A stretch of 35,037 nt of DNA from a virus (Duplodnaviria; Heunggongvirae; Uroviricota; Caudoviricetes), in IMG/VR virus record IMGVR_UViG_2531839130_000012; one strand, written 5' to 3'. Position 1 is the first letter of the stretch, and every line of letters starts with the position of its first letter. A program made the translations under genes and the position numbers. The notes below the pieces were generated by a model. The model was not told the DNA's origin. It searched no databases and saw only the letters and a program-made list of their open reading frames with translations. Shown here piece by piece: positions 26,788-35,037 of this stretch.

Positions 26788-27090
26788 ATGAGCGATAAGC
26801 AGACTGAAAAGACCATTCAACTGGATACCCCCATCAAGCGCGGTAAAACAGAAATCACCGAAATTGTGCTGCGTAAACCGCAGTCCGGTGCGCTGCGCGG
26901 TACACGCCTGCAGGCCATTATGGATATGGATGTAAACGCGATGATGATCGTGATCCCCCGCATCTCCAGTCCGGCACTGACTACACAGGAAATTGCAGAG
27001 ATGGACCCGGCAGATCTCACTGTCATGTCGGTTGAGGTTGTCACTTTTTTGTTGAAGAAGTCGGTGCTTGCCGGTTTACCGACAGCCTGA
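26788..27090 (+). CDS. E: Tail assembly chaperone E
   Basis: 100-aa ORF upstream of the tape-measure gene containing a TTTTTTG slippery site. Confidence 0.75.
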   Translation: MSDKQTEKTIQLDTPIKRGKTEITEIVLRKPQSGALRGTRLQAIMDMDVNAMMIVIPRISSPALTTQEIAEMDPADLTVMSVEVVTFLLKKSVLAGLPTA

Positions 27091-27224
27091 CGGTTGACGA
27101 TCTGGTGGCAGATATCGCCACCATTTTTCACTGGCCGCCATCCGTTACTGACGTTATGCCGCTGACCGAAGTGCTGGAATGGCGGTATAAAGCGATTCAG
27201 AGAAGCGGGGCCAACGATGAGTGA
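26788..27224 (+). CDS. E+E' tail assembly chaperone produced by programmed -1 ribosomal frameshift at TTTTTTG (27045-27051)
   Basis: The -1 frame after the slippery heptamer is open to TGA at 27222-27224 and reads ...ADIATIFHWPPSVTDVMPLTEVLEWRYKAIQRSGANDE, overlapping the T start as in P2. Confidence 0.6.
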
Positions 27225-30200
27225 TAACAACCTGCGTCTGCAGGTCATTCTTAATGCGGTTGACAAGCTCACCCGCCCATTTCGATCTGCGCAGGCCAGT
27301 TCAAGAGAACTGGCTGCTGCTGTCAAAAAATCCCGCGATGCAATAAAGCAGCTTGATCAGGCCGGGAGCAGTCTGGACAGCTTCCGAAAGCTGCAGGCAG
27401 AAAATCAGAAATTAGGCGACAGGCTGAACTATGCCCGCCAGCGTGCAAATTTGCTCAGTCAGGAACTGGGAGCGATGGGGCCGCCTTCGCAACGTCAGGT
27501 TGTTGCTCTGGGCCGTCAACGGCTGGCTGTTCAGCGCCTGGAAGAACGCCAGAAAAAGCTGCAGCAGCAGACGGCGCTTGTGCGTGCTGAACTGTACCGG
27601 GCGGGAATTTCTGCGAAAGACGATGCGGGAGCAACTGCCCGTTTAGCCCGTGAAACATCACGTTATAACCAGGAACTTTCGAAACAGGAGGCGCGGCTGA
27701 AGCGACTGGGGGAAGCTCAGCGCAGGATGAATGCAGCGCGTGCCAGTTATGCCCGTTCGCTGGAGGTGCGTGATCGTATTGCAGGTGCCGGAGCCACCAC
27801 CACGGCTGCAGGGCTGGCAATGGGCGCACCAGTGATGGCGGCAGTAAAAAGCTATACCAGCATGGAAGATGCCATGAAAGGTGTGGCAAAGCAGGTCAAT
27901 GGTCTGCGTGACGATAATGGCAACCGCACTGCACGTTTTTATGAAATGCAGGATGCCATCAAGGCTGCCAGCGAACAGTTGCCGATGGAAAACGGTGCGG
28001 TGGATTTCGCTGCACTGGTTGAAGGTGGTGCGCGCATGAACGTCGCAAACCCTGACGACAGTTGGGAAGATCAGAAACGTGACCTGCTGGCCTTCGCCAG
28101 TACGGCAGCAAAGGCGGCAACAGCCTTTGAGCTGCCAGCGGATGAACTGTCAGAAAGTCTGGGGAAAATCGCCCAGCTCTACAAAATCCCCACCCGCAAT
28201 ATTGAACAGCTCGGCGATGCGCTGAACTATCTGGATGATAACGCCATGTCGAAAGGGGCAGACATCATTGATGTGATGCAACGTCTGGGCGGTGTGGCTG
28301 ACCGTCTGGATTATCGTAAAGCGGCGGCGCTGGGTTCCACCTTCCTGACACTGGGCGCTGCGCCAGAGGTTGCAGCCAGTGCAGCAAACGCGATGGTGCG
28401 TGAATTGTCCATTGCCACCATGCAAAGCAAGAGTTTCTTTGAAGGGATGAATCTGCTGAAACTCAATCCTGAAGTGATTGAAAAGCAGATGACGAAGGAT
28501 GCGATGGGAACCATCCAGCGCGTGCTGGAGAAGGTGAACGCACTGCCGCAGGACAAGCGTCTGTCTGCCATGACCATGTTGTTTGGTAAAGAGTTTGGCG
28601 ATGACGCGGCGAAACTGGCAAACAACCTGCCGGAACTGCAGCGCCAGTTAAAGCTGACAGCGGGCAATGATGCGCTCGGTTCCATGCAGAAAGAATCCGA
28701 CATCAACAAGGACTCACTTTCTGCTCAGTGGTTGCTGGTCAAAACCGGAGCGCAGAACACCTTCAGCAGCCTGGGTGAAACGCTGCGCCAGCCGCTGATG
28801 GATATTCTGTACACGGTGAAAAGCGTCACGGGGGCGTTGCGTCGCTGGGTGGAAGCTAACCCGGAACTGACGGGCACACTGATGAAAGCAGCGGCTGTTG
28901 TGGCTGCGGTTACCGTGGGCCTCGGCACCTTAGCGGTGGTGTTAGCTGCAGTGCTGGGGCCGCTGGCAGTGATCCGTCTGGGGTTCTCTGTGCTGGGTAT
29001 CAAAACGTTACCTTCCGTTACGGCAGCAGTAACCCGAACCAGCAGCGCGTTGTCCTGGCTGGCTGGCGCACCACTGGCACTGCTGCGACGCGGGCTTACT
29101 TCATCGGGCAACGCCGCAGGTTTACTTACTGCGCCGTTGTCGTCTTTGCGCCGCACGGCATCACTGACGGGAAATGTCCTGAAAACTGTAGCAGGTGCGC
29201 CGGTTGCACTTTTGCGGTCTGGATTATCCGGTTTACGTGCTGTTGCTGTGATGTTTATGAATCCTCTGGCGGTACTGCGCGGTGGGCTGGCCGCCGCAGG
29301 CACGGTGCTGCGAGTACTGGCATCTGGTCCACTGGCGATGCTGCGCGTTGCCCTGTATGCCGTATCTGGTCTGTTAGGTGCTCTGCTCAGTCCGATAGGT
29401 CTTGTGGTTACTGCACTGGCGGGCGTGGCGCTGGTTGTCTGGAAATACTGGCAACCCATCACCGCATTTCTTGGTGGCGTGGTGGAAGGATTCAAAGCGG
29501 CGGCAGGTCCCGTCAGTGCAGCATTCGAACCGCTTAAGCCCGTATTCCAGTGGATTGGCGACAAAGTACAGGCGCTGTGGGGCTGGTTTACTGATCTGCT
29601 GACGCCCGTTAAGTCGACCTCTGCCGAACTGCAGAGTGCAGCGGCAATGGGGCGGCGATTCGGGGAGGCACTGGCGGAAGGGCTGAATATGGTCATGCAT
29701 CCGCTGGACTCCCTGAAATCCGGCGTTTCCTGGTTGCTGGAGAAACTCGGCGTTGTCAGTAAAGAGGCCGCAAAGGCGAAACTACCGGAAAGTGTGACGC
29801 GTCAGCAACCTGCGACGGTGAATACAGACGGTAAAGTGATGATGCCATCGGGTGGTTTTCCGTCATGGGGATATGGCTTTGCGGGGATGTATGACAGCGG
29901 CGGCTATATCCCGCGCGGGCAGTTTGGCATCGTCGGTGAAAACGGGCCGGAAATTGTTAACGGCCCGGCAAATGTGACCAGCCGGAGAAATACAGCTGCA
30001 CTGGCTGCCGTTGTTGCCGGAATGATGGGCGTTGCTGCCGCGCCAGCAGAGCTTCCACCGTTGCACCCTTTGGCACTTCCCGCGAAAGGTGGAGAAGCAA
30101 TTGTGAGTCGCGCAGCCACTGTGCCGCCCGTTTACAGGATTGAGGCACCGACGCAGATCATCATCCAGACGCAGCCAGGACAAAGTGCGCAGGATATTGC

Positions 30201-30294
30201 GCGGGAGGTGGCCCGCCAGCTTGATGAACGTGAACGCAGGCTGAAGGCAAAAGCCAGGAGTAACTACAGCGATCAGGGGGGATACGACGCATGA
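27217..30294 (+). CDS. T: Tail tape-measure protein T
   Basis: 1025 aa; N-terminal coiled-coil region, internal degenerate PLA(V/L)LR.GL repeats, hydrophobic segments. Confidence 0.9.
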   Translation: MSDNNLRLQVILNAVDKLTRPFRSAQASSRELAAAVKKSRDAIKQLDQAGSSLDSFRKLQAENQKLGDRLNYARQRANLLSQELGAMGPPSQRQVVALGRQRLAVQRLEERQKKLQQQTALVRAELYRAGISAKDDAGATARLARETSRYNQELSKQEARLKRLGEAQRRMNAARASYARSLEVRDRIAGAGATTTAAGLAMGAPVMAAVKSYTSMEDAMKGVAKQVNGLRDDNGNRTARFYEMQDAIKAASEQLPMENGAVDFAALVEGGARMNVANPDDSWEDQKRDLLAFASTAAKAATAFELPADELSESLGKIAQLYKIPTRNIEQLGDALNYLDDNAMSKGADIIDVMQRLGGVADRLDYRKAAALGSTFLTLGAAPEVAASAANAMVRELSIATMQSKSFFEGMNLLKLNPEVIEKQMTKDAMGTIQRVLEKVNALPQDKRLSAMTMLFGKEFGDDAAKLANNLPELQRQLKLTAGNDALGSMQKESDINKDSLSAQWLLVKTGAQNTFSSLGETLRQPLMDILYTVKSVTGALRRWVEANPELTGTLMKAAAVVAAVTVGLGTLAVVLAAVLGPLAVIRLGFSVLGIKTLPSVTAAVTRTSSALSWLAGAPLALLRRGLTSSGNAAGLLTAPLSSLRRTASLTGNVLKTVAGAPVALLRSGLSGLRAVAVMFMNPLAVLRGGLAAAGTVLRVLASGPLAMLRVALYAVSGLLGALLSPIGLVVTALAGVALVVWKYWQPITAFLGGVVEGFKAAAGPVSAAFEPLKPVFQWIGDKVQALWGWFTDLLTPVKSTSAELQSAAAMGRRFGEALAEGLNMVMHPLDSLKSGVSWLLEKLGVVSKEAAKAKLPESVTRQQPATVNTDGKVMMPSGGFPSWGYGFAGMYDSGGYIPRGQFGIVGENGPEIVNGPANVTSRRNTAALAAVVAGMMGVAAAPAELPPLHPLALPAKGGEAIVSRAATVPPVYRIEAPTQIIIQTQPGQSAQDIAREVARQLDERERRLKAKARSNYSDQGGYDA

Positions 30295-30776
30295 TGATGG
30301 TGCTGGGATTGTACGTGTTTATGCTGCGCACCGTGCCGTATCAGGAGCTGCAGTATCAACGCAGCTGGCGACATGCGGCAAACAGCCGGGTAAACCGACG
30401 TCCGTCCACGCAGTTTCTGGGACCGGACAACGACATGCTGACGCTTTCCGGTGTTCTTATGCCGGAGATAACAGGTGGCAGGCTGTCGTTGCTGGCACTG
30501 GAGCAGATGGCAGAACAGGGGAAAGCATGGCCCCTGATTGAAGGCAGCGGCACGATTTATGGCATGTATGTGATTGAGGGACTGAATCAGACTAAAACGG
30601 AGTTTTTCCGCGACGGTATGCCGCGCCGGATTGAGTTCACCCTGTCGCTCAAACGGGTGGATGAATCCCTGTCCGGTATGTTCGGTGATCTCAGTACGCA
30701 ACTGAATAATCTGCAGGACACGGCAACATCTGCCTTAAGTGATATCAGTAAAACGGTGGGAGGGCTGCTGTCGTGA
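30291..30776 (+). CDS. U: Tail protein U
   Basis: Synteny T-U-D. Confidence 0.85.
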   Translation: MMMVLGLYVFMLRTVPYQELQYQRSWRHAANSRVNRRPSTQFLGPDNDMLTLSGVLMPEITGGRLSLLALEQMAEQGKAWPLIEGSGTIYGMYVIEGLNQTKTEFFRDGMPRRIEFTLSLKRVDESLSGMFGDLSTQLNNLQDTATSALSDISKTVGGLLS

Positions 30777-31873
30777 ATTTCAGCTCTGAACTGCTTAACA
30801 AAGGCAACAAAACTCCCGCATTCAGCATCAGTATTGAGGGCAGGGATATCACTACTGTGCTGGATAACCGTCTGATGAGTCTGACGCTGACGGACAATCG
30901 GGGCTTTGAAGCGGACCAGCTTGATCTGGAGCTGGACGACGCCGACGGAAAAATCGTGCTGCCGCGCCGTGGTGCGGTCATCACGCTGGCGCTGGGCTGG
31001 AAGGGGCAGCCGCTTTTCCCGAAAGGGGCATTCACGGTGGACGAGATTGAACACACCGGCGCACCGGATCGCCTGACTATCCGGGCGCGAAGTGCTGATT
31101 TTAGGGAAACGCTGAATACCCGCCGTGAAAAATCGTGGCACAAGACCACTGTCGGGGAAGTGGTGAAGGAAATAGCCGCGCGTCATAAGCTGAAGATGGC
31201 ACTGGGTAAAGACCTGTCGGATAAGCCCGTGGAGCATATAGACCAGACTAATGAGAGTGACGGCAGTTTTCTGATGCGGCTGGCGCGCCAGTACGGTGCC
31301 ATCGTGTCGGTGAAAAATGGCAATCTGTTATTCATCCGGCAGGGTCAGGGCAAAAGCGCCAGCGGTAAACCACTGCCGGTGATCTCAATCACACGTAAGG
31401 ACGGCGACAGTCACCGCTTTACCCTGGCAGATCGCGGAGCCTACACGGGCGTAATTGCCAGTTGGTTGCATACCCGCGAACCCGAGAAGAAAGAAAGCAC
31501 CACGGTGAAGCGTAAGCGCAGGACTAAGAAGCAGAAGAAAGAGCCGGAAGCGAAGCAGGGCGATTACCTGGTGGGTACGGATGAAAACGTGCTGGTACTT
31601 AATCGCACTTATGCCAACCGGAGCAACGCCGAACGGGCAGCGAAAATGCAGTGGGAACGCCTGCAACGCGGCGTTGCATCATTCTCGCTACAACTGGCGG
31701 AAGGGCGGGCAGATCTCTACACAGAAATGCCTGTGAAGGTCAGTGGCTTTAAACAGCCGATAGATGATGCGGAATGGACCATTACGACTCTGACGCATAC
31801 CGTCAGCCCCGATAACGGTTTTACAACCAGTCTGGAGCTTGAAGTGAGGATTGATGATTTCGAAATGGAATGA
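30773..31873 (+). CDS. D: Tail protein D
   Basis: 366 aa; synteny. Confidence 0.85.
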   Translation: MNFSSELLNKGNKTPAFSISIEGRDITTVLDNRLMSLTLTDNRGFEADQLDLELDDADGKIVLPRRGAVITLALGWKGQPLFPKGAFTVDEIEHTGAPDRLTIRARSADFRETLNTRREKSWHKTTVGEVVKEIAARHKLKMALGKDLSDKPVEHIDQTNESDGSFLMRLARQYGAIVSVKNGNLLFIRQGQGKSASGKPLPVISITRKDGDSHRFTLADRGAYTGVIASWLHTREPEKKESTTVKRKRRTKKQKKEPEAKQGDYLVGTDENVLVLNRTYANRSNAERAAKMQWERLQRGVASFSLQLAEGRADLYTEMPVKVSGFKQPIDDAEWTITTLTHTVSPDNGFTTSLELEVRIDDFEME

Positions 31874-31963
31874 TTCTTCGCAATGGAGAACTTTTAAGTT
31901 TGCAAAATGGAATAATGCGGTATCATTATTGTGAATTTAGCAAAAATGGGGAGAACTCGAAAA

Positions 31964-32182
31964 ATGATGATTTGCCCACTGTGTGGAAGTGCCGCCCATA
32001 CTCGCAGCAGTTTTCAGGTATCTTCATTGACCAAAGAGCGTTACAACCAGTGCCAGAACATTAACTGCAGCCATACTTTTGTTACCCATGAAACTTTTGT
32101 TCGTTCGATTGCAACGCCAAAAGAGTCAAATCCGGTTCAGCCGCATCCAATGAAATCAGGACAGGTGGCGCTCTCTCTTTGA
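31964..32182 (+). CDS. ogr: Ogr/B-family zinc-finger late-gene transcription activator
   Basis: MMICPLCGSAAHTRS...KERYNQCQNINCSHTF matches the Cys-x2-Cys...Cys-x4-Cys pattern and length (72 aa) of P2 Ogr / 186 B; last phage gene. Confidence 0.8.
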   Translation: MMICPLCGSAAHTRSSFQVSSLTKERYNQCQNINCSHTFVTHETFVRSIATPKESNPVQPHPMKSGQVALSL

Positions 32183-32260
32183 CGCTGCCGCCATTTTGTC
32201 GCCATCGTTAAAAAACAGTGTTTCTAACATCATGATTTTAAACAGCATAAATTTCAGGCA

Positions 32261-32305
32261 ACAAAAAACCCATCAACCTTGAACCGAAATGGCGGGGTTG
32301 ATGGG
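32261..32305 (-). terminator. Hairpin (CCCATCAACC / GGTTGATGGG, 17-nt loop) followed by a T-run on the minus strand; possible ybjL terminator, lies in the attR region
   Basis: Read directly from the sequence; large loop makes it a weak call. Confidence 0.35.
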
Positions 32306-32417
32306 CTCCACAAAATGGGGACATCAAAGAAAAGCAGTGGCACTAATTAAGACTGATGCCCTGCGGAAAAGTTCTGCGGTTGTGCAAAAAAATTTCATTT
32401 TCAGGGCAACTTCAGTT

Positions 32418-34103
32418 TTATCCTAATCCTGGCCATACCATGACGATGATTGTCCCTGCCAGCGTCAGCAGGACGTTGGCGATTGCGTAGGTGCCCGCGT
32501 AGCCCAGCGCAGGGATGTTACTGCGAGCTGTATCACTGATGATCTCCATTGCCGGCGCGCAGGTGCGTGCGCCCATCATTGCGCCGAACAACAGTGCGCG
32601 GTTCATTCGCAATACATAAGCACCGAACAAGAAACAGATAACCACGGGCACAAGACTGACAATTAATCCGGCAATCAACATCTGACCGCCAATCGCGCCC
32701 AGGCCGTTATTAATACCGCTACCGGCGCTCAGACCAACGCCTGCCATAAACACCATCAAGCCGAACTCTTTCACCATGCTTAATGCACCTTGCGGAATGT
32801 AACCGAAGGTCGGGTGGTTAGCACGCATAAAGCCCAGCATAATTCCGGCGAATAACAACCCGGCAGCGTTCCCCATGCCGAAACTGAATGTGCTGAACTG
32901 GAAGGTGATCATCCCGATCATCAGCCCAATAACAAAGAAGGCGCAAAATGCCAGCAGGTCAGTGACCTGGCTGTGAATCGAGATAAAGCCGATGCGATCG
33001 GCGATGGTTTTTACGCGACGGGCATCACCGCTGACTTGTAAAACGTCACCTTTGTTAAGCACGACGTTGTCATCTATCGGCATCTCAATCTGGCTACGAA
33101 TGACGCGGTTAAGGAAGCAACCGTGATCGGTCAACTTCAGTTGTGCGAGACGTTTACCTACAGCGTTATGGTTTTTAACGACCACTTCTTCAGTGACGAT
33201 ACGCATGTCGAGAAGGTCACGATCGAAAACTTCTTTACCGTTACGGAAGCTGGGATCGAGTCGGGCATGGGCGTCGGGATAGCCTACCAACGCTATTTCA
33301 TCGCCCATTTGTAGCACGGCATCACCGTCTGGATTTGCCAGAATCCCGTTACGTCGAATACGTTCAATGTAGCAGCCGGTTTGTCGATAAATACCCAGTT
33401 CACGCAGATTTTTGCCGTCGGTCCAGGCCACCAGCTCCGGGCCGACGCGATAGGCGCGGATCACCGGTAAATAAACCTTACGGTTGGCATCAGTGTCCAG
33501 GCCACGTTCGCGGGCGATTTGCTGGGCGCTGGTCTGTAAGTCCTGATGCTGCAATTTCGGCAAGTAACGCGCACCAACAATCAAACTCACCAGACCGATT
33601 AAATAGGTTAAGGCATACCCGAGGCTCAGATTATCCAGTGCCAGTGAGAGCTGCCTGCTTTCCATGCCGGAATGACGCAGTGTATCGCCAGCACCGACCA
33701 GAACCGGTGTCGACGTCATAGAGCCTGCTAACATACCGGCCGTCAGGCCAATATCCCAGCCAAACAGCTTACCTAACCCTAAGGCGATCACCAGCGCACT
33801 GCCAACCATCACCAGTGCTAACATTAGGTAATTTTTCCCATCGCGAAAAAAAATGGAAAAAAAGTTCGGTCCGGCTTCGACCCCGACGCAGAAAATAAAC
33901 AGCATAAAGCCAAGATTAAGCGCATCGGTGTTAATGCTGAAATGTTGTTGGCCTAATAACAGCGATACGACTAAAACGCCAATGGAATTACCCAGTTGGA
34001 TCGAACCAAGTCGTAACTTTCCGAGACATAGCCCAAGCGCGAGGACCACAAATAATAACAGAATGTAATTCCCATTTAACAATTCGGCGACGTTTATATT
34101 CAC
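32418..34103 (-). CDS. ybjL: Putative AAE-family transport protein YbjL (chromosomal)
   Basis: 561-aa polytopic membrane protein with central soluble domains; size, and position next to ybjM and grxA, match E. coli ybjL. Confidence 0.85.
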
Positions 34104-34372
34104 GGAGGCTAACTTCTTGTTTACTAGTAAGCTGTTGAAAGAAATGGTAATTTACGATAATGTTTTTTACCAGAATTCAGGGCGCAGATTCATTCAGCGC
34201 ACCTAAACGATAGTAAAGTAACAATATATTTTACTAGTGTAATCACATTAGGTATCAACGGCTATATGAATTGCGTTGGCCTATATTAGCATGGAATGCG
34301 AAGCGGCTTTATCTTACTGAACGCCACACTGGCGAAAAATGTGTTCGATAGACGCAGTGTCAGGAGGAACGA

Positions 34373-34750
34373 GTGAAACATAAACAACGTTGGGCGGGGG
34401 CAATCTGCTGTTTTGTCCTCTTCATTGTGGTGTGCCTTTTTCTGGCGACGCACATGAAAGGCGCTTTTCGGGCTGCCGGGCATCCTGAAATCGGCTTGCT
34501 ATTTTTCATTCTTCCTGGAGCAGTCGCCAGCTTCTTTTCACAGCGTAGAGAAGTCCTGAAACCTCTGTTTGGCGCAATGCTGGCGGCACCCTGTTCGATG
34601 CTCATTATGCGGCTGTTTTTTTCACCGACGCGCTCATTCTGGCAAGAGCTGGCATGGTTACTAAGCGCGGTGTTCTGGTGTGCGCTGGGGGCACTGTGTT
34701 TCTTATTTATCAGTAGTTTGTTTAAACCACAGCACAGAAAAAATCAGTAA
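34373..34750 (+). CDS. ybjM: Inner membrane protein YbjM (chromosomal)
   Basis: 125-aa hydrophobic protein between ybjL and grxA, as in E. coli. Confidence 0.75.
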   Translation: MKHKQRWAGAICCFVLFIVVCLFLATHMKGAFRAAGHPEIGLLFFILPGAVASFFSQRREVLKPLFGAMLAAPCSMLIMRLFFSPTRSFWQELAWLLSAVFWCALGALCFLFISSLFKPQHRKNQ

Positions 34751-34769
34751 AGCCCTCAACGCGAGGGCT
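34751..34769. terminator. Hairpin AGCCCTC aacgc GAGGGCT between convergent ybjM and grxA
   Basis: Read directly from the sequence; weak T-run. Confidence 0.35.
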
Positions 34770-34779
34770 TGTCAGACGA

Positions 34780-35037
34780 TCAGGCGTCCAGATTTTCTTT
34801 CACCCATGCAGCAAAATCGGTATAGCCGCCGATATGTTGCTGATCGACAAAAATCTGCGGCACGGTTTCTACGGGTTTACCTGCCTTTTGTTGTAGATCT
34901 TCTTTAGTGATCCCTTCCGCACGAATATCTACATACTGATACTGAAAATCATCGCGTTCATTGCTCAATTTCTCAGCCAGATCTTTTGCACGCACACAGT
35001 AAGGGCAACCCGGACGACCAAAAATAACGGTTTGCAT
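34780..35037 (-). CDS. grxA: Glutaredoxin 1
   Basis: 85 aa with CPYC active site (GRPGCPYCVRAKDLAEKL); near-identical to my recollection of E. coli GrxA; start codon is the last three bases of the window. Confidence 0.9.
   Translation of the reverse strand: MQTVIFGRPGCPYCVRAKDLAEKLSNERDDFQYQYVDIRAEGITKEDLQQKAGKPVETVPQIFVDQQHIGGYTDFAAWVKENLDA

Larger units (their letters stand above)
1..32200. mobile_element. Complete P2/186-like prophage (integrase through Ogr-type activator); left attachment site lies outside the window, right boundary approximate
   Basis: Contiguous P2-order gene set: int, cI, apl/cII, A, Q, P, O, N, M, L, X, lysis genes, R, S, V, W, J, I, H, FI, FII, E, T, U, D, ogr; followed by chromosomal ybjL-ybjM-grxA. 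Confidence 0.85.

Noticed and set aside
28725-29696. 323-aa minus-strand ORF inside the tape-measure gene
   Set aside because: Antisense shadow ORF of the Ala/Leu-rich tape-measure repeats.
31870-32064. 64-aa ORF overlapping the Ogr-like gene in another frame
   Set aside because: No Shine-Dalgarno or motifs; the overlapping frame encodes a recognisable Ogr/B-type zinc finger.
32183-32417. Possible tRNA or tmRNA integration target at the right junction
   Set aside because: No cloverleaf-compatible structure or conserved tRNA boxes recognised by eye; only a long-loop hairpin. Not callable without the left junction.
1-35037. CRISPR arrays, rRNA genes, insertion sequences or transposases
   Set aside because: No regularly spaced direct repeats, no rRNA-like segments and no transposase-like ORFs seen; the only site-specific recombinases are the phage integrase and the Gin-like invertase.

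Overview
The window is essentially one complete ~32 kb P2/186-like temperate prophage plus its right-hand chromosomal flank. The left edge of the window is exactly the stop codon of the phage integrase; the right flank carries three E. coli-type genes (ybjL, ybjM, grxA). All family assignments are from reading the translated ORFs against protein families I recognise and from P2/186 gene order; no database search was run. Left to right: (1) a 186-type lysogeny switch (int, a small secreted Cys-rich ORF, cI on the minus strand; divergent Apl/Cox-like and cII on the plus strand); (2) an early operon with a TraR/DksA zinc-finger protein, a Dam-type methyltransferase and the rolling-circle initiator A; (3) an AT-rich cargo island between gene A and the portal gene, holding a LexA-box-controlled small ORF plus DinI-like gene, a lipoprotein, a cos-like site and a 465-aa Schlafen/AlbA_2 + HATPase-like + winged-helix protein; (4) the late genes in P2 order (Q, P / O, N, M, L, X, holin, endolysin, LysA/B/C, R, S, V, W, J, I, H); (5) a Gin/Pin-type invertible tail-fibre segment with hix-like crossover sites and its invertase; (6) FI, FII, E/E+E' (programmed -1 frameshift), T, U, D and an Ogr/B-type late activator. 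The best candidate for an undescribed system is the 465-aa protein in the A-to-Q cargo island, the position that carries tin/old in P2. The tail-fibre cassette in the current orientation looks defective (in-frame amber codon, truncated chaperone), whereas the inverted orientation would encode an intact fibre tip.
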